Source: Ginglymostoma cirratum
Lineage: Eukaryota
Assembly (NCBI GenBank): GCA_024137785.1
Contig: JAHRHZ010000084.1
Span: forward strand, 7,282,093 to 7,346,092
Length of the DNA stretch: 64,000 nucleotides
Reading direction: 5' to 3'
The notes below the pieces were generated by a model, which saw nothing but the letters and a program-made list of their open reading frames with translations, had not been told where the DNA came from and did no database searches. Every line of letters starts with the position of its first letter. Position 1 is the stretch's first letter. A program made the position numbers and the translations under genes. Positions 14,032 through 26,459 of this stretch are shown one piece after another.

Positions 14032-16187
14032 CTCAATATCTTAGCCTGATTCTTTTGACCTTCTTCTCATGGGAAAAGAGTCAATAGCTACGGGCCAAGC
14101 AATATTCAGATAGGAATATGATCATTTCCCTGTCCGATATGATTATTTATAATTCTGGTACATGACCAATTATTTTAATTCTTCCTCATCTGTTTCTTTC
14201 CTGTTTGTTCTGCTAATTTGTCTTTTCTAGAGCAATCTTAACAAGCTGCAATAATTCAACTGTTTGTCTGAAACGATATTACTTGCTTCAAATCATATCC
14301 TTCACAAGATTTATGAAAAGTTTATTATAACTGTTTTCTTCCCCATTCGCCTACTATACCTTGTCTTAGTCTAAAGCCTTCTTCCCATATGTTAACTTTA
14401 CTCTATCTCCCTTACCCTACTGTAGGCTTAATAATATTATTTTATTATATTGCTTCTAACTTACACTTATTTCTGTTGCTTAGTATCATAATTTACAGAT
14501 AGTCCCAAACATCCAATAAACTTACCTACGTTGTGTGATATTACCCTTGTTGTTTATCATTCGTTCTAGTTCTACCCTTTCTCCTCAATTATCTTGACAT
14601 TCCTCTGTTACCTTCGTAAAACTAATGACTTTTCAATCCCAACAATTGCTGTTCCTGCAACTTTGTTGTGGATTTGCATATTATCAATTTCCCGCAAGTA
14701 ACAGTAGGTATGTGATACCATAGGTGCCTGCCAGAACTGCTACTTATCAGATATTTGATACCTGATGCTCTTGTAAAGCAGTCGTGACTGTGGGCACATT
14801 GTTTTGGAATTGTTCCATAATTATGCTTTCCTTCGTGTTCTCAGAATTTTTCTCCAACTTCAAAGATCGAAACCACTTTACCCTCACAAATTCTACACCT
14901 ACCTGATTAGCTGCCTTTACTATCACAACAAAAAAAGTTGCACTGATACCGTCAAGACCATTTTGTACACATTTACTGTTCCTTTTCATTTTGAAGTTTC
15001 ATCATCTGCAGGTTGTTCTTTTTGCAATCTGATATACACATTCATACTTATGCATAACAAAATATCCAATAAAAGTCAGTCCAAACATCAATCATTACTT
15101 TATTTTCCAGGCTATTATTGCAAATCACGTTAAATATCCTTTCACTAGATGTTCTATAATAATAATGAACGTTTCAAACACAAACTAAGTTCAGTTCTGA
15201 AGAACGGTCACTGGCCAAAAGGTTAACTCGCTTTTTCCCCACAGATGCTGCTAGACCTGCTGAGCTTTTTCCAACAATTTCTGGGGGGTTTTCTGATTTC
15301 CAGCAGCCGCAGTTCTTTGGGGGATTTCATTTGTGTTACAAAATAATGTCATTTTCCTTATATTTTTACTTGTTCACTTGGGGATCAAACTGATTGATTG
15401 AGTGTCCTGTCCACCTACATCGCCAATTGTCCTTGTGCTAAACTGTAAGGCTTTACCCTGAAGATTGCAATGCGCCTCGATACCGTCAGGACAACCAAAA
15501 ACTGGAACTGGAATTCTATTAAACCCCGAGCCTCAAAGGCAAGTTAAAAGTTAAAACTGTTTTCCAGTGCTTATCATTCTGCAGCGGAGACATGTATGGC
15601 TACCAATTGTCACTCGTCAGACTCCAAAGTCAACCTCACTTATTTGACATTTTAAAAATATTTTAAACATGTTTCTTTATGAAAAGTTAGATGCGCAGTT
15701 AAGACCACCATACATCATTGTTTTGCCATAAATCAGTGAAGTTGTGTAAGAAGACAAAACACAACTTATAACTTGAAAGTAATAACATTCATCACCTATC
15801 AAGTCGTAAATGAGACAAGACATGGCATCCATTTCCACCGGTTACATCTAAAGATTGACATTATTTCGCAAGGAAATACTGAGCTTTTCTGGTCAGTCTG
15901 CTTCATGGAAATAAATAGGCCATACAATATTTCACGAGAAATAAAAGCCAAAGGAAATTTTCGAATTTATTACTTGACAGAAAAATTCCAACTGCCTTGA
16001 TATTCAACTAATGTTTCATTACAGAAAATTATACCCATATTGCGCCTTTCACACTTACTGGACTTCCCAAAGTGGTTTACAGTCAACTTCGAAAGTGTAG
16101 TCACAGTTGTGATGTCGAAGACTCCACAGTCAATTCGCGCGCATTGCAAACTTCCCGAATTAGCAACGCGGTAATATCCAGGTCAAT

Positions 16188-16189
16188 AG

Positions 16190-16221
<32 letters not shown>

Positions 16222-16256
16222 AGCGAGAAAGAGAAAGAGAGAGAGAGAAAGAGAGA
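16188..16256. repeat. (GT)n-(GA)n compound microsatellite
   Basis: Directly visible; paralogous to 41505-41620. Confidence 0.95.
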
Positions 16257-16339
16257 TCTTTATCAAATAGTAAAGATTGAAGACACTTACATTAACTCCT
16301 TAGCTCTACTTCAAGGGCGTGACCTTGGATCCTTCACAT

Positions 16340-16510
16340 TAACACAGGAGGGTAGATGGGGGCTGATCTTAATATCGCATTCAAAATGCACTGCTTCCGA
16401 CAGCAGGACTTTGGAAAGTCAGCCTAGATACTGCTGATCTCGTCTGGGAGTGGAATTCTAGCCAACCCGATCCTAATACAGGATTGAGGCTGCTACCATC
16501 TGATCAACGG
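16340..16510 (-). mobile_element. DeuSINE-like relic
   Basis: ttccgacagc..gtcagcctaga..gctaccatctga resembles the Deu domain/tRNA head as I recall it; similar copies at 41715-41870 and 60360-60525. Confidence 0.45.
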
Positions 16511-16929
16511 CGGCCTTTTAAATCAACTTGAAGAAGAATGAAAAGCTACGGGCGACCTGAGCAATCTAATTGGTATTATGAAAGGATCTGACTGGGTCGA
16601 TCATTCCAGAGAAAGTGTTTCCACGTGCAATAGAATACAAAACTAGACCACATAATCATTCACAATCATAGCTAAAACGAACAGAGAGTTCAATATGAAA
16701 ATCAAAACAAAACGTGACTAGATTACACAATGGGTTCACTAACATGTGCCAGATAAAGTAAGTTAACAGTACAATCATACCCCTTCATCAGACCGGGATA
16801 AATAAGAAAATGATGTTCAACGACAGCTTACATTTATATAAAGGGTTTGAAACTCAAAGATGTAGCAGTGTTTGCTGAGGATTAAACAAAACCACACGCT
16901 GTCAAAGAAATGTTGATAGAAAGCGACAG

Positions 16930-17415
16930 GGTCAGAAGTCACACGACACCAGGTTATAGTACAACAGGTTTATTTGAAAACACAAGCTTTCTGAGCCTCA
17001 CACCTTCTTCAGGTGACAATGAGACAGGTAGTATCAGATGTAGAATTTATAGGTAAAAGATCAAAGGGTCACATCTTTGATGAGGATGCATTATGCAAAT
17101 CTAAGATGCTGCTAAATCTTTAATTAGTGAGAAGGCTTTAATTGATTAATATGCATATGTAAAACCCTGAATTCCTTTCAAGTAAGCCCTGAGAGAACTA
17201 AAGGTTTTATCAGTGTAACGAGGAGGTAACATGTTAGGTCAGACAATGTATGTTAGGTGTGAGGCCTTGTTTAAAGTCTGTTTCTACTTTGGTTTGGAGT
17301 CGACTGGTTTTATTTCTTATGTAGGAATTTATAAAATGCCACATTAACTGACTATCTATAAAATGTGTGTCTTTTGAACAAAATAGAATGTATCTGCAAA
17401 TACAAATTCACCCTA
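16930..17415 (-). mobile_element. Penelope-derived terminal-repeat insertion (second family), copy A only
   Basis: cacacgacaccaggttatag..caggtttatttgaaaacacaagcttt is shared with 55900-55965; absent at 42410 in copy B. Confidence 0.65.
16983..17015 (-). ncRNA. Minimal type I hammerhead ribozyme-like motif
   Basis: Reverse complement reads CUGAAGA-aggugugaggcuca-GAAAGCUU; both core boxes intact, stem II degenerate. Confidence 0.45.
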
Positions 17416-20047
17416 AAGTTTCAAGTGTGTGTTAACGTTTGTGGGAGAGAGAGTTGGGGGAGCAGGGATAGAGAACGTATATTGAGATGGATTTAAAAAG
17501 AATTCTGTTTGAAAAAGAGGAATGGAGTAGCAGACAGTTTTGGGAGAGAGTTTTGGAGCATGAAATCTCGGCGATGGTGGCAAAGGACTGGGAGTATACA
17601 ATATTTGACAGATAGGAGAATAAGGAGGGGAATTGTTGACTGAAAGAATACTGAGGTAGAGGATGAGAAGGCCAAGAAGAAATTTAAATGAGTATGAGGA
17701 TTTTAAATTTGAGCCAATAGCGCATAGGAAACAACTGTTGGTCAAACAAGATTGGGAGATGAGTGAGCATGACTTGGTATGGGATAGCCAATGGGCAGCA
17801 GTGTTTTAAAAGGAATACATTTTCTGTGAATTGGAGGTTTTTGGTGGCACAGGGACAGCACATTGATGAAAACGGTTAAAATGTGACTTTTTTGGTGGTG
17901 TAACTTTGTCAAGAGTCAGTTTTTCTTTTTTTGCTCAGATTATTAATTTCTTTAAATTCTATTCGCTAATATTGGAATTTAGAGGACTGAGGCCAGATGA
18001 ATACAGGTAACAGGCAGATCGAAACAGTCTTTTCAATGAAGAGCATACAGAGCAGCCATCACAGAGAAAGTAATTTATCTACTTAATTGGGCTGTTGTGT
18101 ATGGATGGTAATCGGAATTGCCACACTGTTGCAGAACGACCTGGCATGAAATACATGGAATAGTGAAAGCAAAATAGCCACGTTGTATGAGAGAGGGAGT
18201 ATGATGGTCCCTGCATTCCCATTTTACACGTCATCATTGCTCGGTTTGCATGTACATGTGTATGAATAAGTGCATAACACTAAGTCATCTGTGACAGTCG
18301 CGAGGCAGAGGAAGGAGAAGGAAGCCAATACAGGGCTGCGAATCCTATTTCTCTTTGCAACAATGTGCTCCTATTGCGGAAAACAGAGTGAATCAGGAAT
18401 TGGGATTCTCACTCAGCTGAGGTCACACCTAACCTGACCGCCACCATCCTCGATTCTAAGGGGCTGTCCCCAGTGATGATGCGCGTTTCAACGTATCTGT
18501 ATGCAATGTCTATTGGTGTACATGTGCACATGAGTCTGCGTGTGCCTGTGAATTCGTGCACCATAACAGTGGCTTTATCTCATTGGTTTTCAAGTGGTTT
18601 GGAACATCCTGACTCTCATTGTCCGAAACACAAGTCCTTTTCTGTGTAAGTGTTTGTGAAATTGTTTTGTGTAGGTGTCTTTATCTTTATGTGAGTTTTT
18701 ATTTTAGTGCTTGCTAAAGTGCATGTATATACGTATAGCTCATCTCAAGACCAATTCAGTCATCGTTTCATATTCGTTGAGCCACATTGCTTTGTGATTC
18801 TGCACTGTCTTTCGTTTGAAATCCTCTTTCATATTTTAAATGCCTCCAAAACAGAACTTAATCTCTGCTCCAATTCTAATCTCTTGTCCACGTTCAATTT
18901 TCTCCATTCCACCTTTGGCGACTATTTATTGAACTGCATGGACTTTAATCTTCGGAAGCTCATATTGAATCAGGTCCGGTTTTGTCTCCTCTTTTAGAAC
19001 CTGCCTCATTGTCCAAACTGTTTTCAACAATAATTTCCTTTGTTCTGCCCATAATGTTCCCTGCCAATCACCTTGATATTTTACTACATTGCAGGCGCTG
19101 TATAAATTTGACTTAGCGTACGTGTATGTCTCTGCAGTTCTGTTTATGCGTGGGAGTGCCTTGGTTTCCATTTGTTCCCTTTATAAATGTTAGTTTCATT
19201 TGTAAACCATTCTGCATTGGTGGAGAGTTCTGACCAACCGGGCATCTATTATCAATCTATGCTTCGGATCAGCGATTATCGCTGCTCAAATTTGATTGTT
19301 TACAGCATATTTATTTCTAAAGTAAAGTTCCTTACAGTTGAGGAGAATGGAAACACCTGTGGTTAGATGTTGAGCCTGTCTCAGGGCGTACAAGTTTAGC
19401 AATGCTTGCATTTTCTCCTTTTAGTTCAAAACAGCGTAAATTTTAGAAGTATTTCAACTCTCGCAACTGCCAAACAAGCTTCTCTATATACTTTCTGCAA
19501 GTTTTGTGTCTAGCAATGTCCCAGGGCTCTAACTCTGAAAAACAGTGAAATATAAAGCAATCGTGTTGACATCACCTGTATTTGAACGCAACATATAACT
19601 AACTTTAGACATGGCTACCTCTTTGTCTGCGAACATCCTGTAGAAGCGAGCATGAGAAAGGCGGTAACCTCCATCAGTTACGGAAAGACATCATTCTGTG
19701 CATTGAACTCTCCGTTATTTTCAGCTGTACCATCCAACAAGTTATCATCGTGCATAAAGTCATCCAATGCATTCGATTATATATTTGAACTGAGAGATTT
19801 CCTTACTGTAGACTAGAAATAACACTGGCGCATTCGTGAACTGAAACAAAGATGCATTCGTGGTGAGAAAGCAGAGTTACCGTTTCTTCAGGTCAAAAAT
19901 GTATTTATATGGGTCATTTTATGACCTCTTGAGATTTCAATAAGATTTACAACCAGTTAAACACTTTACTTGTGCTGCCAGTATTCCCTTGTAAGAAACA
20001 ACGCAATCATGTTACTCGCAAAAAAGTCCCATAACAAACATCACAAT

Positions 20048-20250
20048 TAAAAACACAAAGAACTGAGGATGCTGGAAATCAGAAACAAAAACAGAAATTG
20101 CTGAAACGTCAGCAAGTGTTGCAGCATATGTGGAGAGAAAGCATAGCTGACGTTCTGAACAAGGGTCTCTGCACCCGAAATATCAACTCCACTTTCTCTC
20201 CACAGATGTTGCCAGACCTGTTGAGTGTTTCCAGAAATTTCTGGTTCTGA
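20048..20250. mobile_element. Hairpin (inverted) Penelope-terminus mini-element
   Basis: Left arm cagaaattgctg..tgtggagagaaag is the reverse complement of right arm ctttctctccacagatg..cagaaatttctg. Confidence 0.75.
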
Positions 20251-21409
20251 TTTGTAATTTGATTTTAGTGAAGTGGGTTGAGGGATGATCTCATGGATGA
20301 CGAGGCCAACAAGAATATGATGCTGGAACATGCCATGAGGAACCCATCCACTTGCTTATGTACACAGGTACTTTCAGAAAAATGAAACACGCAATTGGAA
20401 TTACCAATGTCCCCGTGTATCATGAGCGGATTCCACAGATCTGAAATGGCGAAGAATGATGTCAGATCAATGTGATCTTGTGACCACAAGGGGAACACCT
20501 AGCGATGATTCTAGACTCAAAGTTGAGTTGAAGCAAGCTGCCCTCAATCCTGAAGTACTGCCAGGGAAATGGGAATAACATTCCCTGCAAAATAACAGTT
20601 TAAAAGCACGTTCCGATATCAGCCTGCCACCGACCCATCATAATAACAGAAGCATATTGCATATCTAATTCCCGGACGTCCAGGAATATTTCCTAAATTC
20701 CGAATTTTCATAGAACTTGATGACCTTGTAGAACGCAAAGCAAACATTACATAAAACAATAGCTAATCTTGTTCACACCGTCTCACACTCTGTCGCCTAA
20801 TGTGTGGCAGCAATGCTAAAGTTGTCTTCGTGCGAACATAAAACCAGAGTGCTTATCATTGGCCGCCACCAACCCTCCTTCCTTCAAATTTGCATTGTTC
20901 TTCTCCCACACTCTCCCTTCCCCACAGCTGTGGGAAGAATGAAATTCAGGGGAAGTGGCTGGGCCATGTACTTCAGATGCATTTTTCTGGAAGCTGCATA
21001 ATGGTTAGAATGATAGATTTAAATGATCAAAGATGCGAGGACGCTCGAGAGGAACAAAAAATGGACTGTCTGCGCCATAAGATCTGTCTCTGCAACTTTG
21101 GATTTACACAAGAAAACACGATGATAGGTGAGAAAAAGCAGGAACATGTTTTTCATATTTGATAATTGTCCCTCAATTGAACGTTAAACCAACGGCAAAA
21201 ATGTAACCCTGATACAAACCTGCAATGAAATTTATCCCAACGGTAACCATGTAAATGCTGTCGATTGGCGTCAAAGAAAACAACGAATTATTTCCCAATC
21301 CAAAGGCCAGTTAAGAGTCAACCGCACTGCTTTGGGTGTGGAATCACGTATCGGCCAGACCAGATAAGGACAGTAGATTTCCTTTCCTAACGGACATTAG
21401 TGAACCACG

Positions 21410-22400
21410 CGGCACATCTGTGGTGTGAACGTTACTAAACACTTATCAGCCCAAGACTGAATGGAGTTTTGGTTTAGCTAACGTGTCCTAACTCAGTTTC
21501 GGAGCAGCTTTAACTGATGATGTGCAGTCATCGGTAAACACATACGCTTTTTAATTTTATGCCGGAGGGAAAGTCACTAAGAAGCAAGTGAGATGGTTGG
21601 GCCAGAACACGACCCTTCTGTTATCCTGCAGAAAGGCCCTTGTATCTGAAATGATTGACAGCCAAAAAAAAAAGTCTTCCTGTGGTAGATGTAAATTCAA
21701 CGAGTGGAAAGTTATATTTATTTCTATCCCTACTCTACGGTGTGTGGTTCCCATTGACTATGTTTTCTAGGTTTCCTTCGAACAATGCATGTACAATGGT
21801 TGCCGTTACATCAAGTGCAGTCATGCTCATCTCAACTGTAGCTCCTTGGTGATGCTTGGGACAAGGCTGCTATGTGCTCTGAGGAGGAGTAGATTTGGTG
21901 TAACTCACATTGAACGTTACTGAGCAGATTACCACTATGCAAATATCGCCTGATAGCACTGTCGACGACACCTTTCAGCCCTCTGCTGAAGATAACAGTA
22001 GAGTGATAGAAAGTTAATTGCCCAGGTTTGAAATCCCCTGTTTTTCTTTCAGTGGACAGGATGCTTAAGTGGACTACATTGCAATTTGTTGGTATGACGC
22101 CACTGATGTGGGTGAGTTGAAACAGTTTGGCGACAGTCCTTCCACTTTCTGGAACACACTCCCATGTCTTTCACGTTAATGTAAGGAGGTTGCCAAGCCC
22201 CATTACTTTTGCAGCAGCTGAGGCAAGGTACATTTCAAACAACCGAGTTAATCACACCCCTGCCTTGTGGAGAAGAATGTCTGTTCCAGGGATAAATATC
22301 ATGAGTTTCTTCCCAATTGTTTTCATGGAAGACCTTACTGAAGTTAACTGGTTTTTATGTATGGTGCACAGCTCGCCTGTTGTTAGGGTTCATTGAGGAG
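21410..22400 (-). mobile_element. CR1-clade LINE relic (second family)
   Basis: Paralogous to 48070-49070; reverse-strand DDCT (FADDCT-like) at about 21530. Confidence 0.65.
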
Positions 22401-24451
22401 TGAGGTGGAGGGCCATTTCAGGTCAGCAGTCATTCTTCATGAACAACCTGTCACGGAAATGTCACTTGTTCTGGAAAGAATCACCTCAAAACCACTGCAT
22501 CATCACACAACTCGCAAAAGCCTGAACTAGTATTCATGTTGTTATGCCAGAACAGCCCTTAGCGCGGTTTAATTCTACGGCATCCAACACTGTGTTGTTA
22601 ATTATTTCAGCTATCAGGACTTCTTTATTTATGCTTCCGAAACAGCTGCAGTCTTAACTAAACTTGGTGAAGATTAAACTGTGAGGAAAAACTGAAATAA
22701 TGAAAGTACTCGCATTTTACTATTGCAAGAAGATCGGAGATTTCAATGAAAGTAAAGAACTGCGGTGGATGCATATTTGTGAGGGTGGCAGAACAAATAA
22801 AAAGGTAACGCGGATTCTTAACAATATAAAGAGAGAGATGGTACATAAAGCAAGAAATTTGCACGAAACATTTGTTAAGAACTAATTAGGTCTCAGCTGG
22901 AGTGTTATATTCAAACCTGCCACCGCTCGTTAAGGAGAGTTTCACGAAAATGGAAACACCACAGAAGATGTTTGACAGAATGTAAACGATGTAGTGGGGC
23001 TTATCAATTTGGAGAAAATGGAGAAGCTAAGGTTTTTCACGTTACAGTAGAGAAGAATGAGGCAAATTGATGCTGGAGAGCAGAGGTCACAACAGTTTTA
23101 AAAGGAAAATTTAAAAAACTGTGACAAAAACAACAGTTTTTGGAAATCCGCAGCAGGTCTGGCAGCATCTGTGACAAAAAAAAATCAGAGTTTCGGGGCC
23201 AGCGACCCTTCCACCGAACGGAAACCAAATAGCAAAGAGTTAAGGCAATTGAAAAAATAACTAGAGGCTACTTAGAAGTAGAAGGGTACAATATAGTATG
23301 TCCCAACGTTCAAAATGTGCATAGTTCAAATGGACGGTGGTGACGAACAGAAGTCCTGAATGATTTACACCGATCGGTTGAGAACAAAACCAATAGAAGA
23401 CCAAACAAATTTGGAAACTACAAGCAGCTGAACAATATGAATAAGCAAAGACCCTCTTCGACTTGATAAACAGTCGAACTTTAAATGTTAACTTTGCTTT
23501 CTTCCCACTGATGCTGCCAGAACTTGAGTTTCTCCAGCAATTTCTGTTTTTGTTCCCGCTTGTATTGTTATCTTTTCTGTTAATTCCTATCAGAAAAATG
23601 TTGATCTCTTCGTTCTGCTTCTCCTCACATTCCATCTGGAAACGCCAACAAACAGCACCATGAATAATACTTTGGTTTTTTTCCAGACTGCTAGATTAAT
23701 AGCGCTAACTGTGAACAATGTGAACAGGGATCTAAATTTCACATCTGCCGTGAGTAAAACTAACATTACCATCGACAGCTCTGGGGCGGATTGGGACATT
23801 ATGCAGGATTACTAATTCTAACTTCGATTCCTGTGATTTATGCTTGAGATCGTATTGGATGTGGAGGTCACAGGCCTAAATAATTTCCAACTCTCGTTGT
23901 CTTGTATGTAGGTGAATACTTCAGGCGGGGTACTAGAGAAATGACCAAGTCTGCGAACTCAACCATTATTTTCCAAATGGGTCAAGGCTCGAACATTGTT
24001 GTTCATAAATTATTGTAAAGCAGGTAGAGTCAGAAAGACATTGGAACTGTTCATCTGACAGTGAGCAGGGAGCCTCCCACTTCCCAGACTTCTGGGACCC
24101 AATACTTGTCATGTGGTAGCTCGGTTCATGCTTATACGCTTGATAAAATTTTCCAATCAATCCATTCAGGACACCATCCTCATCGACAACAATGAACTAA
24201 TGAACTTTTCTTTTAAGTCTGAAATCTGTTCTTGACAGTTACAATACAATACATGACTCTACTTGGCATGAATTCATCAGGTCCGTTTGGATGCCACATA
24301 CTCCAATATCAAATCTATTATATCCTATTTGAGAAGATACTACAATGTCTCTGCATTGTGTAGGTAAACACTGTGATGTTCGTCTTTGGTTGCTAAAGTT
24401 TTCAATACTTCTTGCATTTTACATCGCTAAATTCTTTTTTCTATATCTGCC

Positions 24452-24597
24452 GTATTCTTATCAAGCAATGGGTTAAAACATTGTCAGGGTTAGGCTGGGA
24501 AGTGGATTTCAGACTACCATCAAAACAGAATTATTGAATAGCCGAGCACGCTTAAGTGACGGAGTAGCCTACTCTTGCTCTGTGTGGTATAAGTGAG
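24452..24597 (+). mobile_element. Short CR1 3'-end fragment inserted just upstream of the V pseudo-exon
   Basis: gaatagccgagcacgcttaagtgacggagtagcctactcttgctc matches the CR1 tail; interrupts homology with 55330-55360. Confidence 0.6.
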
Positions 24598-24635
24598 CCT
24601 GCAAATGTTGTCATCACACGTTGCTTTTCTGATAG

Positions 24636-25013
24636 CCGCTGAAGTAACTTTGAAGAAAGTGAAACAGTTCCCTAAATTTCTGAACGTTACCAGAGGTGGG
24701 TTTCCGTTCTTTGAAGAAACTCTTGATGTTTAGTGGTGGAGACGGGGTGAGGAGCTGTTTCTGGAAACAAGCAGCAGAGGGCAGTTCAATGCAAACAAGG
24801 GAATAAGTTGAGATAACAAGGTGTGGAGCTGGATGAACACAGCAGGCCTAGTAGCATCATAGGAGCAGGAAAGCTTGACGTTTCGGGCCTAGACCCTTCT
24901 GCTCTTTTTTTTTCTAAACGCCAGTTTTGCTGACACCAGACTGTATTTCTGTGAAGTAAAGCTCCAGTGAAGGTCGATTGAAGATGCAGCTGGCACACAG
25001 CTGACTGTTCATT
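24636..25013 (+). pseudogene. IgSF V-domain pseudo-exon, paralog of 55381-55689
   Basis: AEVTLKKVKQFPKFLNVTRG-[21-nt deletion]-FPFFEETLDV*WWRRGEELFLETSSRGQFNANKG-[PLE insert]-FFLNASFADTRLYFCEVKLQ*RSIEDAAGTQLTVH; stops at 24731 and 24968; donor reads ggaaga. Confidence 0.9.
24810..24900 (-). mobile_element. Penelope terminal fragment inserted in the V pseudo-exon
   Basis: Highly similar to 44254-44340 and 47274-47343 (gagataacaagg..cataggagcaggaaa..gacgtttcgggcct). Confidence 0.85.
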
Positions 25014-25869
25014 GGAAGAGGCTGCTTTTCAGTGTTATTGGATACGTGTAATTGTTTTATCGCTCGCCAAAGATTCTATGAATTGTTTTTCCTCGCTTAT
25101 ACTTTCTTTGTCACTGGGCTCGTGTTAAATAGCAATCGGTTCACTCTTGTAATTTGAACATATTTGTCCAAGACCAATTTCACTCGCTTGCTGTACTGAT
25201 ATTTGAAAGGGTTCGAGCTCCAACAGTTTTATTTTTGTCCAGTTGTAATTGTTATCATACCAAGATACTGAAACAGAATAAAAGTTTAAGTTTTAAATTG
25301 AAATGAATCAATGAGCTCAGAAGACAAGGTCCCTTCTCGCCCAAGTAACAGTCCTGATTTGCGACAACGGGAACAATTCTAACATCTCCTGGGTTATATC
25401 TTTCGCCCTCCTTAAGTAACACAAATCCAGGACTATAGAATGATAGAATTCTGAGTCTGGCTACGCACTTAATCCAGTTCTGTTGGCCATAAATGCTAAC
25501 GAAACTGGAAAATTGATAATGACTTTAATTTATATTAATTTATATTTCGAAAATTTCTGAAAAGTCTGAAGGCAAAGAAAACATCAAAATTGCAGTCAAT
25601 AATCTCACAAACAACAGAAAGTTAACAAGGTCCCATATATCAAGTTACATGACGCCTATACCTTGTGCAGACATGGATCTGGAGTGCACTGTCAAGACCC
25701 TGGTGCAATTGTGGTGTTAAAAAGGCAAATTTAAGAAAGGCATGAATCAATGTTGACTTCAAAAATTTTTGAGCCTGACTCCCCCGATGTGCTAGACCCC
25801 CAAAACAATAAAGCCTTTATAGAATTCCTACAGTTTGGAAACAGCCCCTTGGTCCCAACAAGTCCAAAC

Positions 25870-25928
25870 AAATCGAATCCAGGTCCTGGCGCTGTGAAGT
25901 AGCACCGCTCACCATTGAGCCACCATGC
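25870..25928 (-). mobile_element. tRNA-derived SINE head (HE1/V-SINE-like)
   Basis: Reverse complement ggcatggtggctcaatggtgagc..cacagcgccaggacctggattcgatt has A/B-box-like motifs. Confidence 0.55.
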
Positions 25929-25929
25929 C

Positions 25930-26275
25930 TTGTTATCTCATAAGCTGCCATTACACACTACCTAATGTTAACCACCAACAGTCTCCGTTAAAGCTAGTCA
26001 CCCCCCACCCCCAGACAAATTGTTACCAACTACTTTGTCTGACCAACTGTTCTCCTCTCTCTTCGGGCCGTATTCCCACCTATCGTTTACACTTTACCTA
26101 TACCGACCCCACCCCTGACCGGCCCCCAACCTATCTGCAGTATTTAAAACAACATTTGCCACGCTACCATCAATTCTGAGTAATGGGCACCAGCTCTAAA
26201 ACATTAACTTTGATTTCTCATCACAAATGCTACCAGGCCTGCTGAGCTTTTCCAGCAACTTCTGTTTTTGTTCCT
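25930..26275 (+). mobile_element. Penelope terminal-repeat fragment at the left boundary of copy B
   Basis: C-rich tract followed by a degenerate hammerhead and the caggcctgctgagcttttccagca arm, as at 5450-5745. Confidence 0.65.
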
Positions 26276-26459
26276 GCAAACATACTTGTTTACTTTATTG
26301 AAACTTTTCATTATTGTGAACAACTTTAACAAGCCATCCTTTGGCTTTCTCTGTCCTGTGCAAAACAATCTTAAATTGTCTATTCTACTCAGGGTAAATG
26401 AAGATCCTCATTCCTGATACTTTTCTTATAAATCTCAAGACATCAAGACAATAGAACAA

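Larger units (their letters stand above)
4448..25110 (+). repeat. Tandem segmental duplication, copy A
   Basis: Collinear blocks match copy B: 4450~26280, 6240~26460, 8520~28490, 11640~36890, 16060~41372, 19720~44905, 24200~50850, 24640~55390. Confidence 0.9.

Noticed and set aside
17939-18006. Exon-like segment with acceptor in both copies
   Set aside because: A/B substitutions are mostly non-synonymous and the donor is lost in copy B
19686-19790. Short frames open in both copies (hydrophobic on +, acidic on -)
   Set aside because: Codon-position bias is weak (4/5/8), with no recognisable motif or convincing splice context
23687-24085. 63-nt exon-like segment (+) and a GSLLTV J-like string (-)
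   Set aside because: The segment is frameshifted and donor-less in copy B; no other Ig motifs surround the string
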